Shown here piece by piece: positions 27,044 to 38,658 of a stretch of DNA of 64,000 nucleotides. Both the position numbers and the translations under genes were made by a program. Source of the DNA: Salpingoeca rosetta (taxonomy: Eukaryota; Protista; Choanoflagellata); NCBI GenBank assembly GCA_033442325.1, contig JAWQFM010000004.1:2328830-2392829 (forward strand). The letters run 5' to 3'. The notes under the pieces were generated by a model. That model was not told the DNA's origin. It searched no databases and worked only from the letters and a program-made list of their open reading frames with translations. Positions within the stretch are counted from its first letter, which is position 1, and every line of letters begins with the position of its first letter.

Positions 27044-27561
27044 CGTTGTGGTTCGAGAAGGACGGAAGGGAAAGTAAAGGGAAGGGAAGGTGCTGCAGTT
27101 GGTGCAGTCGTGCTTGCTCGCTCGCTTGAAGCTTGGTTGCTTGTTGTCACAGGCTGGTTACTGTTGGTCGGTTGTGAAGCGGGGTGAAAATGAACTGGAC
27201 AGCATCGCACGCCATTGTCGCTGCTGCTGATGCTGCTGCTGTGGGTTGTTGCTCCAGTTGCTTCTGCTTGTGCGCTGACGATTCCCTGCTGCATCGCTGC
27301 ATCGCTGGCTGGCTGGTCGCCAACACAAACAAACAAACCCCACGCAAGAAGCAAGCACAGAGAAGCGAGGGGAAGGGTGGCAGTGGTGCGCTGAGTGTGG
27401 GTTGCGTTTGTTGTTGTGGCGACAACAACTCGGATGAAGTGAAAGGCGAAGAAGAAGCCAACACGTATCGGACACAGCAAAACGCTTGGGGCTTCGTCAG
27501 GCAACGGCGGCGAAAACGAGTGTTCGGCTGAATTCAGTTGTATAGCCTGAAATCAGTCGCT

Positions 27562-27691
27562 ATGGCGTCACGAAAACGGCCCAAGAAGAAGGATGGCAGC
27601 AACAGCAAAGCAGCGCCACCACCAGCGCCAGCGTCCTCTTCATCGTTGGGGATCAAAGTGTTGACAAAGCCATGGCCAGAGGTGTGTCTGT

Positions 27692-27740
<49 letters not shown>

Positions 27741-28709
27741 TGTTCGTGTGTGTCTGTGTGTGTGTGTGTCTGTGTGTGAGACATCCTGTCACTTCGTGTC
27801 GTTCTCACAACGAACACTGGACGTCTCACCCACTCATCCACCTACACACACACACTCTCTCTCTCTCTCTCACCCACTCACCCACTCATCCGCACCCACT
27901 CACACGCACCCGCACACACACGCACCCACTCATCCGCACACACTCTAAGGATGTGGATATTTCTGTGCAAGTGGCGCTGCTGAACGCCGTGCAGCGATTC
28001 GACGAACAGGTCAGTGTGACGGCCAAGGGGGATCCAAAGCGGTAACAGCGCAGCAGTCGTGAGAGGGGCGCGATGATATTTTGCCTGACTCGTGCCCTGC
28101 AATCCAAGCCCCCTCACCTGTGACGTGCTACTTTGGGCTGTTGTTACTTATCATCATGGTTCGCCACGGTTCGCCACGGTCCACTGTGTGCATTGATTGC
28201 AGTTTGAACGAGCCATGACATTCAAGTTTGATGCCGACAGCGGGTACCCCATTGACCCAGACACCGGATATTACTTTGTGCCGGAACACAATCTCTTCTT
28301 CGATGCCAGCTCCCAATGCTACCTCACATACCAAGACGGTGAGCGGAGTTGATGGCGACTGTGTTGCTGTTGGGTTTGCATGACGTTATGGGTGTTCGTT
28401 GTTGAACTCCTGTTCGACCTGCCACCGTTTGTTTTACTGCACGGCATTGCTTTGCCTCATGTAGCACCATTCATGCTGTCTCTCCTCCCCATAGGATCGT
28501 ACCACTACCACTCCACCGTGGCAGCAATACCTGACGAGCAGCAGGAGGACGCGGCCAATGGCGCCGATGTTGACGAGGGTGGGCCAACCACCACCGCCCA
28601 GCCGTCATCTGCCGCCGGCACGCGCTGCATGAGTCTTCTCGTCACGGCATCCGATGTTGTTCCCGTCGGGTCCTGCGTCCCCATCACTACACAGGGCGTC
28701 ATCGTCGGC

Positions 28710-28779
<70 letters not shown>

Positions 28780-29393
28780 TGGGTGGGTGTGGGTGTGGGT
28801 GTGGGTGGTGGTGGTGGTGGTGGTGGTGGTGGTGGGTGGGTGTGGGTGGGTGTGGGTGGGTGTGGGTGGGTGTGGGTGGGTATGTGTGTAGGTGTCAGGG
28901 TCTCTCTGTCTGTCTATCGACTTGCTGGCGTGTCTGCAAGCTACGCTGCGTGTCCCCCTCTGCTGATCTATGTGTGATGTTCACGGCGCTGCTGCCCTCT
29001 GGCTCATGCTCACCACCCCCTCACTGCAGACGAGAGCCGGAGGCAAACGTGTGCGTGCCAGACCAGCAGGTTCGTCGACTGTGCTGCTACTGGGACGTCA
29101 TGACAATTGTGATCATCGTCACGCAACCAAGCCCACCCCTCCCCTGTATACGCACGTGCGCGCTCACTCCACCTTGCTGTTGCGTTTTGGTGCAGCTGTC
29201 GCGGCGGCACTGCCACATCACATACCGCCCGGACCTGAGCAGTCATTGGCCCTTTGTCATCACAGATATGGACAGCAAGAACGGTACCATGGTCAACGGC
29301 GAGTGGCTCGAGCCGGTGAGGACTGCTGTTGTTGTTGTTGTTTAAGTTGTTGTTGTTGTTGTTGTTTAAGTTGTTGTTGTTGTTGTTGTTTAA

Positions 29394-29425
<32 letters not shown>

Positions 29426-29469
29426 AGTTGTTGTTGTTGTTGTTGTTTAAGTTGTTGTTGTTGTTGTTG

Positions 29470-29511
<42 letters not shown>

Positions 29512-30317
29512 ACGGGGAGAAAAAGGAGAGGCATGGGTCGGTGGGCGTTTGCTTTAGAAGGCTGCTTTTCTCCACCCCTGCATCTGTCTGCCTCCTTCCG
29601 CTTATGTCTGTGTCCGCAGATCGACATGCTTTGTGTGCTACGTGTTGCTCAACCCTCCCCGCCCCCCTGATCACCGCAACGACTCCTCTCACCCTACCGC
29701 CCAACCCGGGTTCAGGCTGGGCGGGATAAGGATGCTGTTCCTCTTCGCCACGGAGACGTCATTGAAGTCGGCGAGTCAACCAAGTTTGAGGCGCACGTGC
29801 ACGCGTACGTTGGTGGCGAGCGCATGTGTGCTCGCTTGCGCATGTGCTTTCGCTTTTCCGCACATTTCTGTCGACTTGCAGCATCTCGTCCAATTGTCGT
29901 TTGTGCCTCGCCTCCTTCATCTTGTGCTCCTGGACTTCATTCCACCTCACACTCTGACACAAACACACACACGACATACACACACATGCACACACACGCG
30001 CGCGCGCACGCACGCATACAACAGTCATAGCGGGTACTGTGAGAAGTGCCGACATGCGTGGGTGTCATCCGAACAGCAGCAGCAGCAGCAGCAGCATCAG
30101 CAGGATGGCAGCAGTGGCCCCACGCTGTCAGCGGCACCGACAACATCGTCGCGCGTCTATGCATATGTCCCTGGGGAGTCACTTGTTGACCGCAACAGCG
30201 AGGTGAAGCACAAACAGCGGCAGCTCAAGCGCGAGATCATGCAGGAGGACGCACGGTCCAGACCACAGGACCAGCAGCAATCGGCAGAGACAGCCCAGCG
30301 CTATGTGTATGTAGGGC

Positions 30318-30384
<67 letters not shown>

Positions 30385-30404
30385 GCGTGTGCGTGTGTGT
30401 GTGG

Positions 30405-30462
<58 letters not shown>

Positions 30463-30470
30463 GTGTGTGG

Positions 30471-30506
<36 letters not shown>

Positions 30507-31090
30507 CTACCTACCTACCTGCCAACCTACCTGCCTGCCTGTGGATAATTCGTGATCCCTCCCGACCCGTGTCTCCGTACCATTACCAACAGGGACCGAG
30601 CACAGATTCGGCGCCAGACTGTTGGCAGTGAGCCCATCATGGATGAAGACATGGAGGAGCGATATGCCCCGCCCACCGTCCACGCCACGGAACAAACGTG
30701 CGTGTGACAAATGATGTAGCATGTTCATGTGTGCGTATATCACATGCGTTCGCCCTGTATCACGTTGGTGGCTCACCCACACGTGCTGGCACTCGCCCCC
30801 TGACTCACCGCTGCTTGCCGGTGCGAATGCCTTTTCAATTCCAACATCCACCACAGCCCCATATCTGGCGACAACGTTGGCCGGCGCCTGCTCTCCAAGA
30901 TGGGGTGGTCTGGCACAGGTCTTGGCAAGGACGAGCAGGGCATCGCCGAGCCCGTGCGCGTCAAGGTAAGATGGTGTGTGCGTGTGTGTGTGTGTGTGTG
31001 AATGGGTGTGTGTGTGTGCGTGCGTGTGTGTGCGTGCGTGCGTGTGTGTGTGTATACGTGTGTGTGTATACGTGTGTGTGTGTGTTATTC

Positions 31091-31125
<35 letters not shown>

Positions 31126-31389
31126 CGTTGTTCGTTGTTGTTCGTTGTTGTTCGTTGTTGTTCGTTGTTCGTTGTTGTTCGTTGTTGTTCGTTGTTGTTC
31201 GTTGTTGTGGTTGGAGGACGGGGGGTCTGTGTCTGCGTTTGTTCACCTCTCTGCGTCTGTCTAAGATGACGTGCCATTCAGTGTCACAAGTAGGCGCCTT
31301 CACGGAGCTTGTTTCGCTCACACGGTCCCCGCTCGTGTGCACTGGCGTGTTGACAGAAAAACAAGTCGCGAGCAGGCCTTGGCATGTGA
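27562..31389 (+). CDS. AGGF1: AGGF1-like OCRE + FHA + G-patch protein (multi-exon)
   Basis: OCRE repeats FDADSGYPIDPDTGYYFVPEHNLFFDASSQCY; FHA motifs IVGR, LSRRHCHI, DMDSKNGTMVNG, LRHGDVIEVG, then CEKC; G-patch ISGDNVGRRLLSKMGWSGTGLGKDEQGIAEPV...RAGLG*. Confidence 0.88.
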
Positions 31390-31577
31390 GGAGAAGGCAG
31401 AGACGACACGTGTGCGTCTGCCTGGTATTAAACGAACACTTCTTGAGGTGGTTGCAACAATGGGGTTGACGTGAGAGTGTGTGTTTGGGGAGCGGGGTCA
31501 GAGGGATGCACAACACCAACCAACCAAAAACGAAGCACAAGCAAACCTTGGCTCACTGGGGAAAAAAAGTAAACGCG

Positions 31578-31652
31578 AGCCTCCAGCGGGGCTCGAACCC
31601 GCGACCCTGAGATTAAGAGTCTCATGCTCTAACCAAACTGAGCTATGGAGGC
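31578..31652 (-). tRNA. tRNA-Lys(CTT), copy 1
   Basis: Full cloverleaf: acceptor GCCTCCA/TGGAGGC, D arm GCTC..GAGC, anticodon arm TGAGA-CTCTTAA-TCTCA, T arm GCGGG-TTCGAGC-CCCGC; downstream T7 Pol III terminator. Confidence 0.97.
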
Positions 31653-31707
31653 ATTCCAACTGTGCCCAGAGTTGGAAAATTGGATATTAGAATTTTGGGC
31701 AGAATGG

Positions 31708-31868
31708 ATGACTTTTGCTGCACCATCACTATCACCTGAACACCGCCACTCTCAACGTTGTCGCCTGAGGCTGACCTGGTCGCCAAAGTATGGCCCTCTC
31801 TTGCCCGTACTCGGCCTGCAGGACAAGTACGACGTCTTCATCAGCTACAGGTGAGACTCGTGTGCGTG

Positions 31869-31961
<93 letters not shown>

Positions 31962-33279
31962 GTGTGTGTGTGTGTGCGTGTGTGTGTGTGTGTGCATGTG
32001 TGCGAGTGCGTGCATGTGTGCACGTATTGTGAATGTAAGAGTGTATGATGATGCCCATTGGCGACATTGCCTTTTCTCACTATGCCTCCCTCACCTCAAC
32101 GCCCAACATCTCACCACGTCACAGGCAACGCGGCAACCGAGGTTTGGTGATGACATTGCACCCAAAGTTGGAGCGCCATGGCTTGGTGACCTTTGTGGAC
32201 ACCAACAATTTGGAGACCGGCGTCAACTTCAAGCGTGCATGCATGACAGCCCTGCAAAACAGCACTGTCACCTGCCCCGTCGTCTCAGTGGGTGCCATCC
32301 ACAAGATGCGCTCACTTGATCATCTTGACACGTGCGATAACGTGCTGTTGGAGTGGATGGCGATGCTTGAGCTGCAGCAGCTGGCTCACGAGCACCCAGA
32401 CAAGGTCCACCTCCACCGCATCATTCCGCTCTTCCTCGGCAGTGGATGGCACGACAGTAACAGCCACTCCTTGAGTGTGGCGTCGGCGAGCGAGTACGAC
32501 TCATTTGACCGCATGAAGCGGCTGGCAATGACACTGCCAGATGTGGTGAACAGAAAGATCATAGCAGCGCTGGACCAGTACTTTGCACGGGTGCTGCACC
32601 TGCCGCCACCACAGCAGCACAAGACTGTGCGCGAAGTGGTGCTGTCGCTGTTTGACATGGATGGGATCACATCCTTCCAGTACGAGGTTGACCGAGCAAT
32701 GGATGCGTCAAGAATCGCAGAGCGTGTGCGTAAAGCTGTTGCCGCATGCAATGGCGGCAGCAGCAGCAGCAGCAACAACAACAGCAACAGCAGCAGCAGC
32801 AACAACAACAGCAACAGCAACAGCATCACAGCAACCATAACAGCAACAGCAACAGCAGCAACAGCAGCAACAGCAACCATAACAGCAGCAGCAATCATCA
32901 CAGCAACCATAACAGCAACAGCAACGGCAACCATGGCAGTCAACGACGCCAGCCGCAAACCGCACCACCCATGTCGTCATCGTCACCGTCCGTTCTGCCT
33001 TCCAGCACTTCCACAACGACCACTGTTTCTTCGTTTGAGCCAAAGCTGCAAGCGTGGCTCGACCACCACTCGCTGTTACCGCAGGTTGCACCAGCCCTTG
33101 CTGAGCACGACATTGACACGCTCGATGACTTGGTTGAGTTGGTTGTTGGCGAGATGCTGACAGTACAAGTGCTGACGGATGCTGGCGTGACGATGGGCAA
33201 GGCCAACAAGCTGATCCGCTTGGCCAAGCAGCACCACCAAGAGCAGCAGCACAGCACCGGAAGCAGCAGTAGCGCATGA
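31708..33279 (+). CDS. SARM1-like TIR domain + C-terminal SAM-like domain protein (possibly 5'-truncated; frame break at ~32726-32940)
   Basis: DKYDVFISY|RQRG (intron 31851-32124), HGLVTFVDTNNLETG, SVGAIHKM, CDNVLLEW (catalytic-Glu position), RIIPLF. In a different frame after the CAG/CAA tract: LQAWLDHHSLLPQVAPALAEHDIDTLDDL...LTDAGVTMGKANKLIR (SAM pattern). Confidence 0.78.
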
Positions 33280-33652
33280 CGTGCCTAGGTGCAGAGGTGC
33301 CTCTACTCTGGAGCTGGCCGGACTTCCGTTTGCTGTGTGGATGTCATTCTAGTCGTGCTCTGCTGTCGTTCTATCGTCTGATTCTTGTCGTTTCGAATCC
33401 CCCCCCCCTGCCCCATTTTGGTTGTTTGCCTCGTATTTGTATTCTATTCACGCCTTATGTAGTCAAAGCACGCCGTTGTGCATGTCATGGTTCTTGTACC
33501 GTCCGCCTGTTTGTTTGTTCCAGTGAGTGTAGGAGTGTGCACTCACAGTGTGACAACAGTGCTCAAGTGCTTGCTGCGTTCGTCTTGTTTGCCAGCAGCA
33601 TCCAGCCATGGTTGTAATTGTCACTTTCTCTCTCTCCATCACAACAAGATAT

Positions 33653-33727
33653 GCCCCCATAGCTCAGTTTGGTTAGAGCATGAGACTCTTAATCTCAGGG
33701 TCGCGGGTTCGAGCCCCGCTGGAGGCT
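33653..33727 (+). tRNA. tRNA-Lys(CTT), copy 2 (C4-A69 mismatch variant)
   Basis: Identical to copies 1 and 3 except the 5' acceptor strand is GCCCCCA; followed by CGCGTTTAC and a T-run. Confidence 0.9.
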
Positions 33728-34396
33728 CGCGTTTACTTTTTTTTTCAGAGCCACCTTTTTTTCCCTCTCTTGTTCGTGCAAAGCATTATTGCTGTGTCCT
33801 TGCCCCACACCTGCTGTTCTGGTGTGCTAGCCACTCTCCTAATCCCCAAGAGGTCCGTGCGACTCCAGCCATCTCAGTTCAGCGCTCACAACAGCATCAT
33901 CTTTAGATCTTTTCTTCATTCATCACTCAACCATAACAACCACACTCTCTCGCTTCGTTACTTCTAGTGTTACAATACACGGCCCAGACTGGTTCAGTAG
34001 CCTCTCATCTCCCTCCACCTGTCTCGTTATCAAAGAAAAGAAGACACACTCCCAGAAAACAAAGCAGAATAAACTAAAGTAAGCAAAAGGCCTAGAAGAG
34101 TTCAATGGTTCAATGTTACACTATTCAAGGTCGCATAGAAAGGTCCATCATCATCATCACGAAACACAGGCAGGGTAGTGTTGTTCCAACCATTTACCTT
34201 CTCCCTGCTCTCAGATCCCTACACCGTGCAACAGGTGCAACAGTGTCTCCTTGTCTCTCTGTCTCGCTCAAGTCAGAAAGGCAGCAAGCAAAAGAGCAAA
34301 GAAGCAAGTCGGCGCTCGAAGCACACAATGAGTACCTTCCTGAATCAACAGAGCAAATTTTGCCCTGTGACCCCATCCAAAATTGGATCAGTTCCA

Positions 34397-34471
34397 GCCT
34401 CCATAGCTCAGTTTGGTTAGAGCATGAGACTCTTAATCTCAGGGTCGCGGGTTCGAGCCCCGCTGGAGGCT
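34397..34471 (+). tRNA. tRNA-Lys(CTT), copy 3
   Basis: Perfect cloverleaf identical to copy 1; T11 terminator downstream. Confidence 0.97.
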
Positions 34472-34687
34472 CGCGTTTCTTTTTTTTTTTCCTTTGGTGC
34501 ACTGAGGCACTGTACATGTGCTTCTTGCACATGCTGCTGTGCTGCCTGCATGCTTGGCCTTTGGTGTCTCTTCCTGTATCCTGCGTCACACCTTGAACGA
34601 CTGAACGTGCTGTCACTTTGGATGTGTTTCAGAGAGCGTTTATTCTGCACCTGCCCCTCAACAACACACCTCCACACACCTCCCGTC

Positions 34688-34764
<77 letters not shown>

Positions 34765-34772
34765 ACATACCT

Positions 34773-34828
<56 letters not shown>

Positions 34829-34875
34829 CACTACACTGCACCCTCCCCCTCTCCCCCACTTCCCACCACCACCAA

Positions 34876-37800
34876 TCATCCTCCCCTTCCTCCCCTTCCT
34901 CCCCTTCCTCCCCTTCCTCCCCTTCCTCCCCTTCCTCCTCTCCCTTCCCTTCCTCGTCGCTGTGACTGCTGATCCTCCTTGGTCAGGACATTGATCAGTG
35001 CCTGGAGGCGAGCGCGCGTGTCAACCACCACGGCATCGTTGTCGTAGGTGCGACAGCCGCAGCGCTTGAGTGCGTCCTTGAACACGCTGAGCAGGAACTT
35101 CATCCCAGGCCCCCGAGTCGAACTGGCAAACCGCTCAGCGTTGCGGCTGACATGCCGTCGCAGCGCCAGTCGTAGGGGCTCCAGATTCGATTCCATCGTG
35201 CGCATGACCACACCCATCAAGCGACACCACGCAACGGTGTGCGTCTGTCCTTCTGAGGCCAAACACTCCGCGAGTTCGTCGAGCAAGTCGCCAAAGCAGT
35301 CGTCGCCTTCAGGTCCATCCCCGGGTCCAACAAACTCGAGCGCATTTCCGCGCATGCCCACCAGGATCTCCAGTGCGCGGAGTACGCGAGCCGTGCGTTG
35401 CGCACCAGCGCCCAAAAGCCTCATCTCACGAGCACGATGCACGAGCAGCGCAAGCAAGGGGCGGGAGACAGCAACCTCCACCACATGAGTTGTGTTTTCC
35501 CTGGCGAGACGCTCATCTCCGCTCTTCTCCTTCTGCCCCTTCTTCTCCTTCTTCTCCTTCTTCTCCTTCTCCTCCTCAGCAGCAGCTCCGTGAGGATGTC
35601 GGCGATGTAGGATGCTGGTGACAGATGCTTTGCTCCGATGCGCGTATCCTGCTGGATGGTCATCTTGGGCGTGACGCGTTTGCTCGACACAATAGCAAGC
35701 ATGGCCTCCAGACACATCCGGCGATGCACGCGGAGCACCTCTGCTCTCGCAGGCGTGTGCAGCAGGTCCTTCAGCAACCCAAGTACGCTGGCCCAGCACT
35801 TTCCCGTGTCATTGCGTGCAATCTGAAGGAGCATCCCAACACCACTAGCACCCTCATGACAGTCGAGCATGGAGGCGTAGTGGGCGGGATCAGACGCGCA
35901 GATGGCCGACACCAGCCCCAGGGCATGTGCCAGCATGGCTTTGCCTTGCAGTGTGTTCTGGGAGACTCCTCGCCGAGCGGCAGCCAGTGCACCCGCCACC
36001 ACATCGCGATGCCTCATGCGCTCTGCGACGTGTGTGCTGGACTTCGCCAGGTACGTCAGGCCACGCACCGCCAACACCATGAGCTCACTCGCCTGCGCAT
36101 GCAGCTGGGCAGCCGTCCACAAGACGTCGACGGTCGCGCATGCCACCTCGTATGACAGATGTGATGAGCACGCAACCAGGTCACGGAGCAGAAGCAGCAT
36201 ATCGTCGACCGCTGCGGCCATGCCTCCGCCTGCTTCCCGGTCTCCGTCGGTGTTCGTCAGCACCGCTTCGATTCGCGTCACCCGCGTGTGAACCATGTTG
36301 TCCACGTCCGCTTCTGGCGTCACGTCGGCAAGCAACAGCAGAGTCGCATCGGTGTCGCAGCCGGGTGCGTCCTGTGCGAGCAGGTAGCGCGAGCCGGCTT
36401 GGATGGCCAAACGTCGAAGATCAGCGTCGACGAGTTGCCGATCCAGCACCATGTCCTTCAGAGCAAGCCAGACAAGCCACATCACGAGCGGTGGCCAGGT
36501 GTCTTGCTGCTGCAGTGCTGCGATCAGCTGTCGTACGTGAGGGTAACTGCGGCAGAGCAGAAAGTGTGACGTCTGCTGCTTTGACATGGCTGCAAACTGC
36601 AAAGCCAGCATGCCAAATAGACGCTGTACGTCTTGCGGGGATGTGGCCGCGTGCACGTGCTGGACCACCACCATAATCTGGCGGGCGTGCTGTGATGGGG
36701 TGAACGCAGCAAGTCTGGAGAGGAAAGCCCTTGCTTCTGCTTCGCTGACATCCGACAACTTGAGCAGCATCTGCGCCGATACTATCACGGACAATAGGTG
36801 GGAGAATGTGCCCCGTCTTGTCCAGCCACTGTGTTGCACCAAGAGTTTGGCGAGGTCGTCCGGCACATCCGCGACTGCATCCATGAACTCCACCGCAGCT
36901 CGGACCAAGAGCAATACAGCGACCACAACGACACCGTTGTCCTGGGCCATGTGAACCGCGAGCTTCAGCACACGTGGCAGGTCACGAAACCAGCGACGTG
37001 CACCTGTCGACTCAAAGCCGCACATCGCCCTGCACACGTTGAAGACAAAGGCGCACACGTCAAGGAGGAAGCTGCACGTCACAGGATCTGCGTAGTGAGG
37101 CAGTGCATCCACCACCAGCTCCTGCAGGTCGCCGTCCTTCAGCATTGCATTCAGCAGCGAAGGCGGTGCCTGGCTGGCGACCTCGTTGGCTGCATATGCC
37201 ATATGTCTGCGCGTGGTCGCGTCAACTTGCCGGTCGCTCATCATGCTGAAGAGGGCCTGAAGCGCATCAGGCTCGACGTCGTCGGGCTGCAGCACCTTGC
37301 TTTTCAGAGCCACTGCAAGCAGCAGGCTGCCTAGTCGTGGGCGCTGCTTGACGTACGCCGTGATGATCGGTGATATCTCCTTGCGCCAGGCAGCGCCCCC
37401 ATCAAGGCCCCCAAACCGAGCGATCAGAACACGCTTTCCGGCCGCGAGCGCTTGGCGCTGTAGCGCTGCCATTACTGCTTGGTCCCGGCATGTCAGCATT
37501 TCCTGCCCAAGTGCCTGCAGCTCAGCTTCTGGCACGTCATTGTTGCCAGCTGCGGGAGAGGCTGAGGCAGGTGCTCCTGACGTAGTTGTAGCAGGAGGCG
37601 CGTTCGCCATGGCGGGAACAGCGGGCACTGAAAGGGGAGCAGTGGGTGTCACGGCGAGACCAGCGCGTGTACTTGTGGGAGCAGTGGGTGCTGGAACGGG
37701 AACAGCGGGCACTGAAAGGGGAACAGCGGGCACTGAAACGGGAACAGCGGGCACTGAACCGGGAGCAGCGGGCACTGAACCGGGAGCAGTGGGTGTCACG

Positions 37801-38075
37801 GCGAGACCAGCGTTTGACGTGGCCGGAGCAACGCCTGCCAAGGCGAGCAACGCCTGTGCTGCGGCGGGCAATGCACGTGCCGTCGTGGGAGGCACGTATG
37901 TCGGCAACGAAGGGGTGCGTGCTGTAGTGGAAGACGCATGTGCATCTGCTGTCGCGGGTGGCCGATGTACCGTCGTTGTGGGTGCGTTTGGCGTCGTGGG
38001 CGCGTCGGCTGACAATGTGTCCGTCCTTCTTGCAGCAGTGGCTGGGCGTTTTGCAGGTGGTGACCCAGAAGGCAT
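34876..38075 (-). CDS. Intronless ARM/HEAT-like alpha-solenoid protein A (~1066 aa if joined; frameshift near 35530-35590, possible pseudogene)
   Basis: ORF 38075-35421 continues in the -1 frame (35799-34876). Both parts align by eye with neighbouring paralog B (LQPDDVEPDALQAL/LRPSDIQPGALPAL; LKDGDLQELVVDALPH/LKDGALQTVVMGALAH; VLRALEIL..NALEFV/VLRTLDVL..NALAFV; AWCRLMG/AWCRMLG). Leu/Ala-rich helices with ARM-like GxxxLLxxxR motifs. Confidence 0.65.
37612..37812 (-). repeat. Coding 21-bp tandem repeats (PA(A/V)P(G/V/L)SV) plus duplicated AGLAVTPTAP block
   Basis: Repeated GGGA(A/G)CAGCGGGCACTGAA units, and two copies of GCAGTGGGTGTCACGGCGAGACCAGCG. Confidence 0.85.
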
Positions 38076-38624
38076 GGCTGCAGCCTGAGATGATGCAGAT
38101 GGACGAAGCGGAGAAGAGGAGGATGACGTTGATGCGACCGTCCTGTGGCCGTGTGCACAGCGCGTTCAGCGTTCAAACCAACACGTGAAGCGAGGAAGGC
38201 AAGCGCCGTCGTCTTGCTGTCCACCGTGTCGACGCAGAGTTTGTGTTGTCGCTGCCAACCCTTGACAAAGAGGTGCAATGCGCGTGTGTCGATCAGGCGT
38301 GTTGGCTTGCCTGGGCGTGGGGAGAGTGTGATTGTATGTGCTGAGGAGGTTGTGGTTGAAACAACAATCGACGCAGGACGAAGACGTGCCTCTCGTGCGT
38401 CGATGCTGTCGACTGGGGGACGCGATGGCAGTCAAGGTACACGGGATGGAGTCTTGAGCTTGATGTCGTCAGTTGAGGGCGATGATGCAGGACGCTGAAG
38501 CGCAAACGTGGATGGAGTCACTCCGCAGCGGAAGGAAAATGAGCGATGTGTGCGCTTGTGCTGCAGTGTTCGAGGAGAAAGGGAGCGTGTGCGCGCACTT
38601 GAGAAAGAAGCTGCAACGCGCGTG

Positions 38625-38658
<34 letters not shown>

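Noticed and set aside
35530-35580. Link between AAG codons at the ARM A frameshift and the adjacent tRNA-Lys(CTT) genes
   Set aside because: tRNAs act in trans, so proximity gives no mechanism; treated as coincidence.
38166-38435. ORF in frame with ARM gene A, separated by one TGA (readthrough or Sec?)
   Set aside because: No homology to paralog B and no SECIS evidence; more simply 5'UTR.
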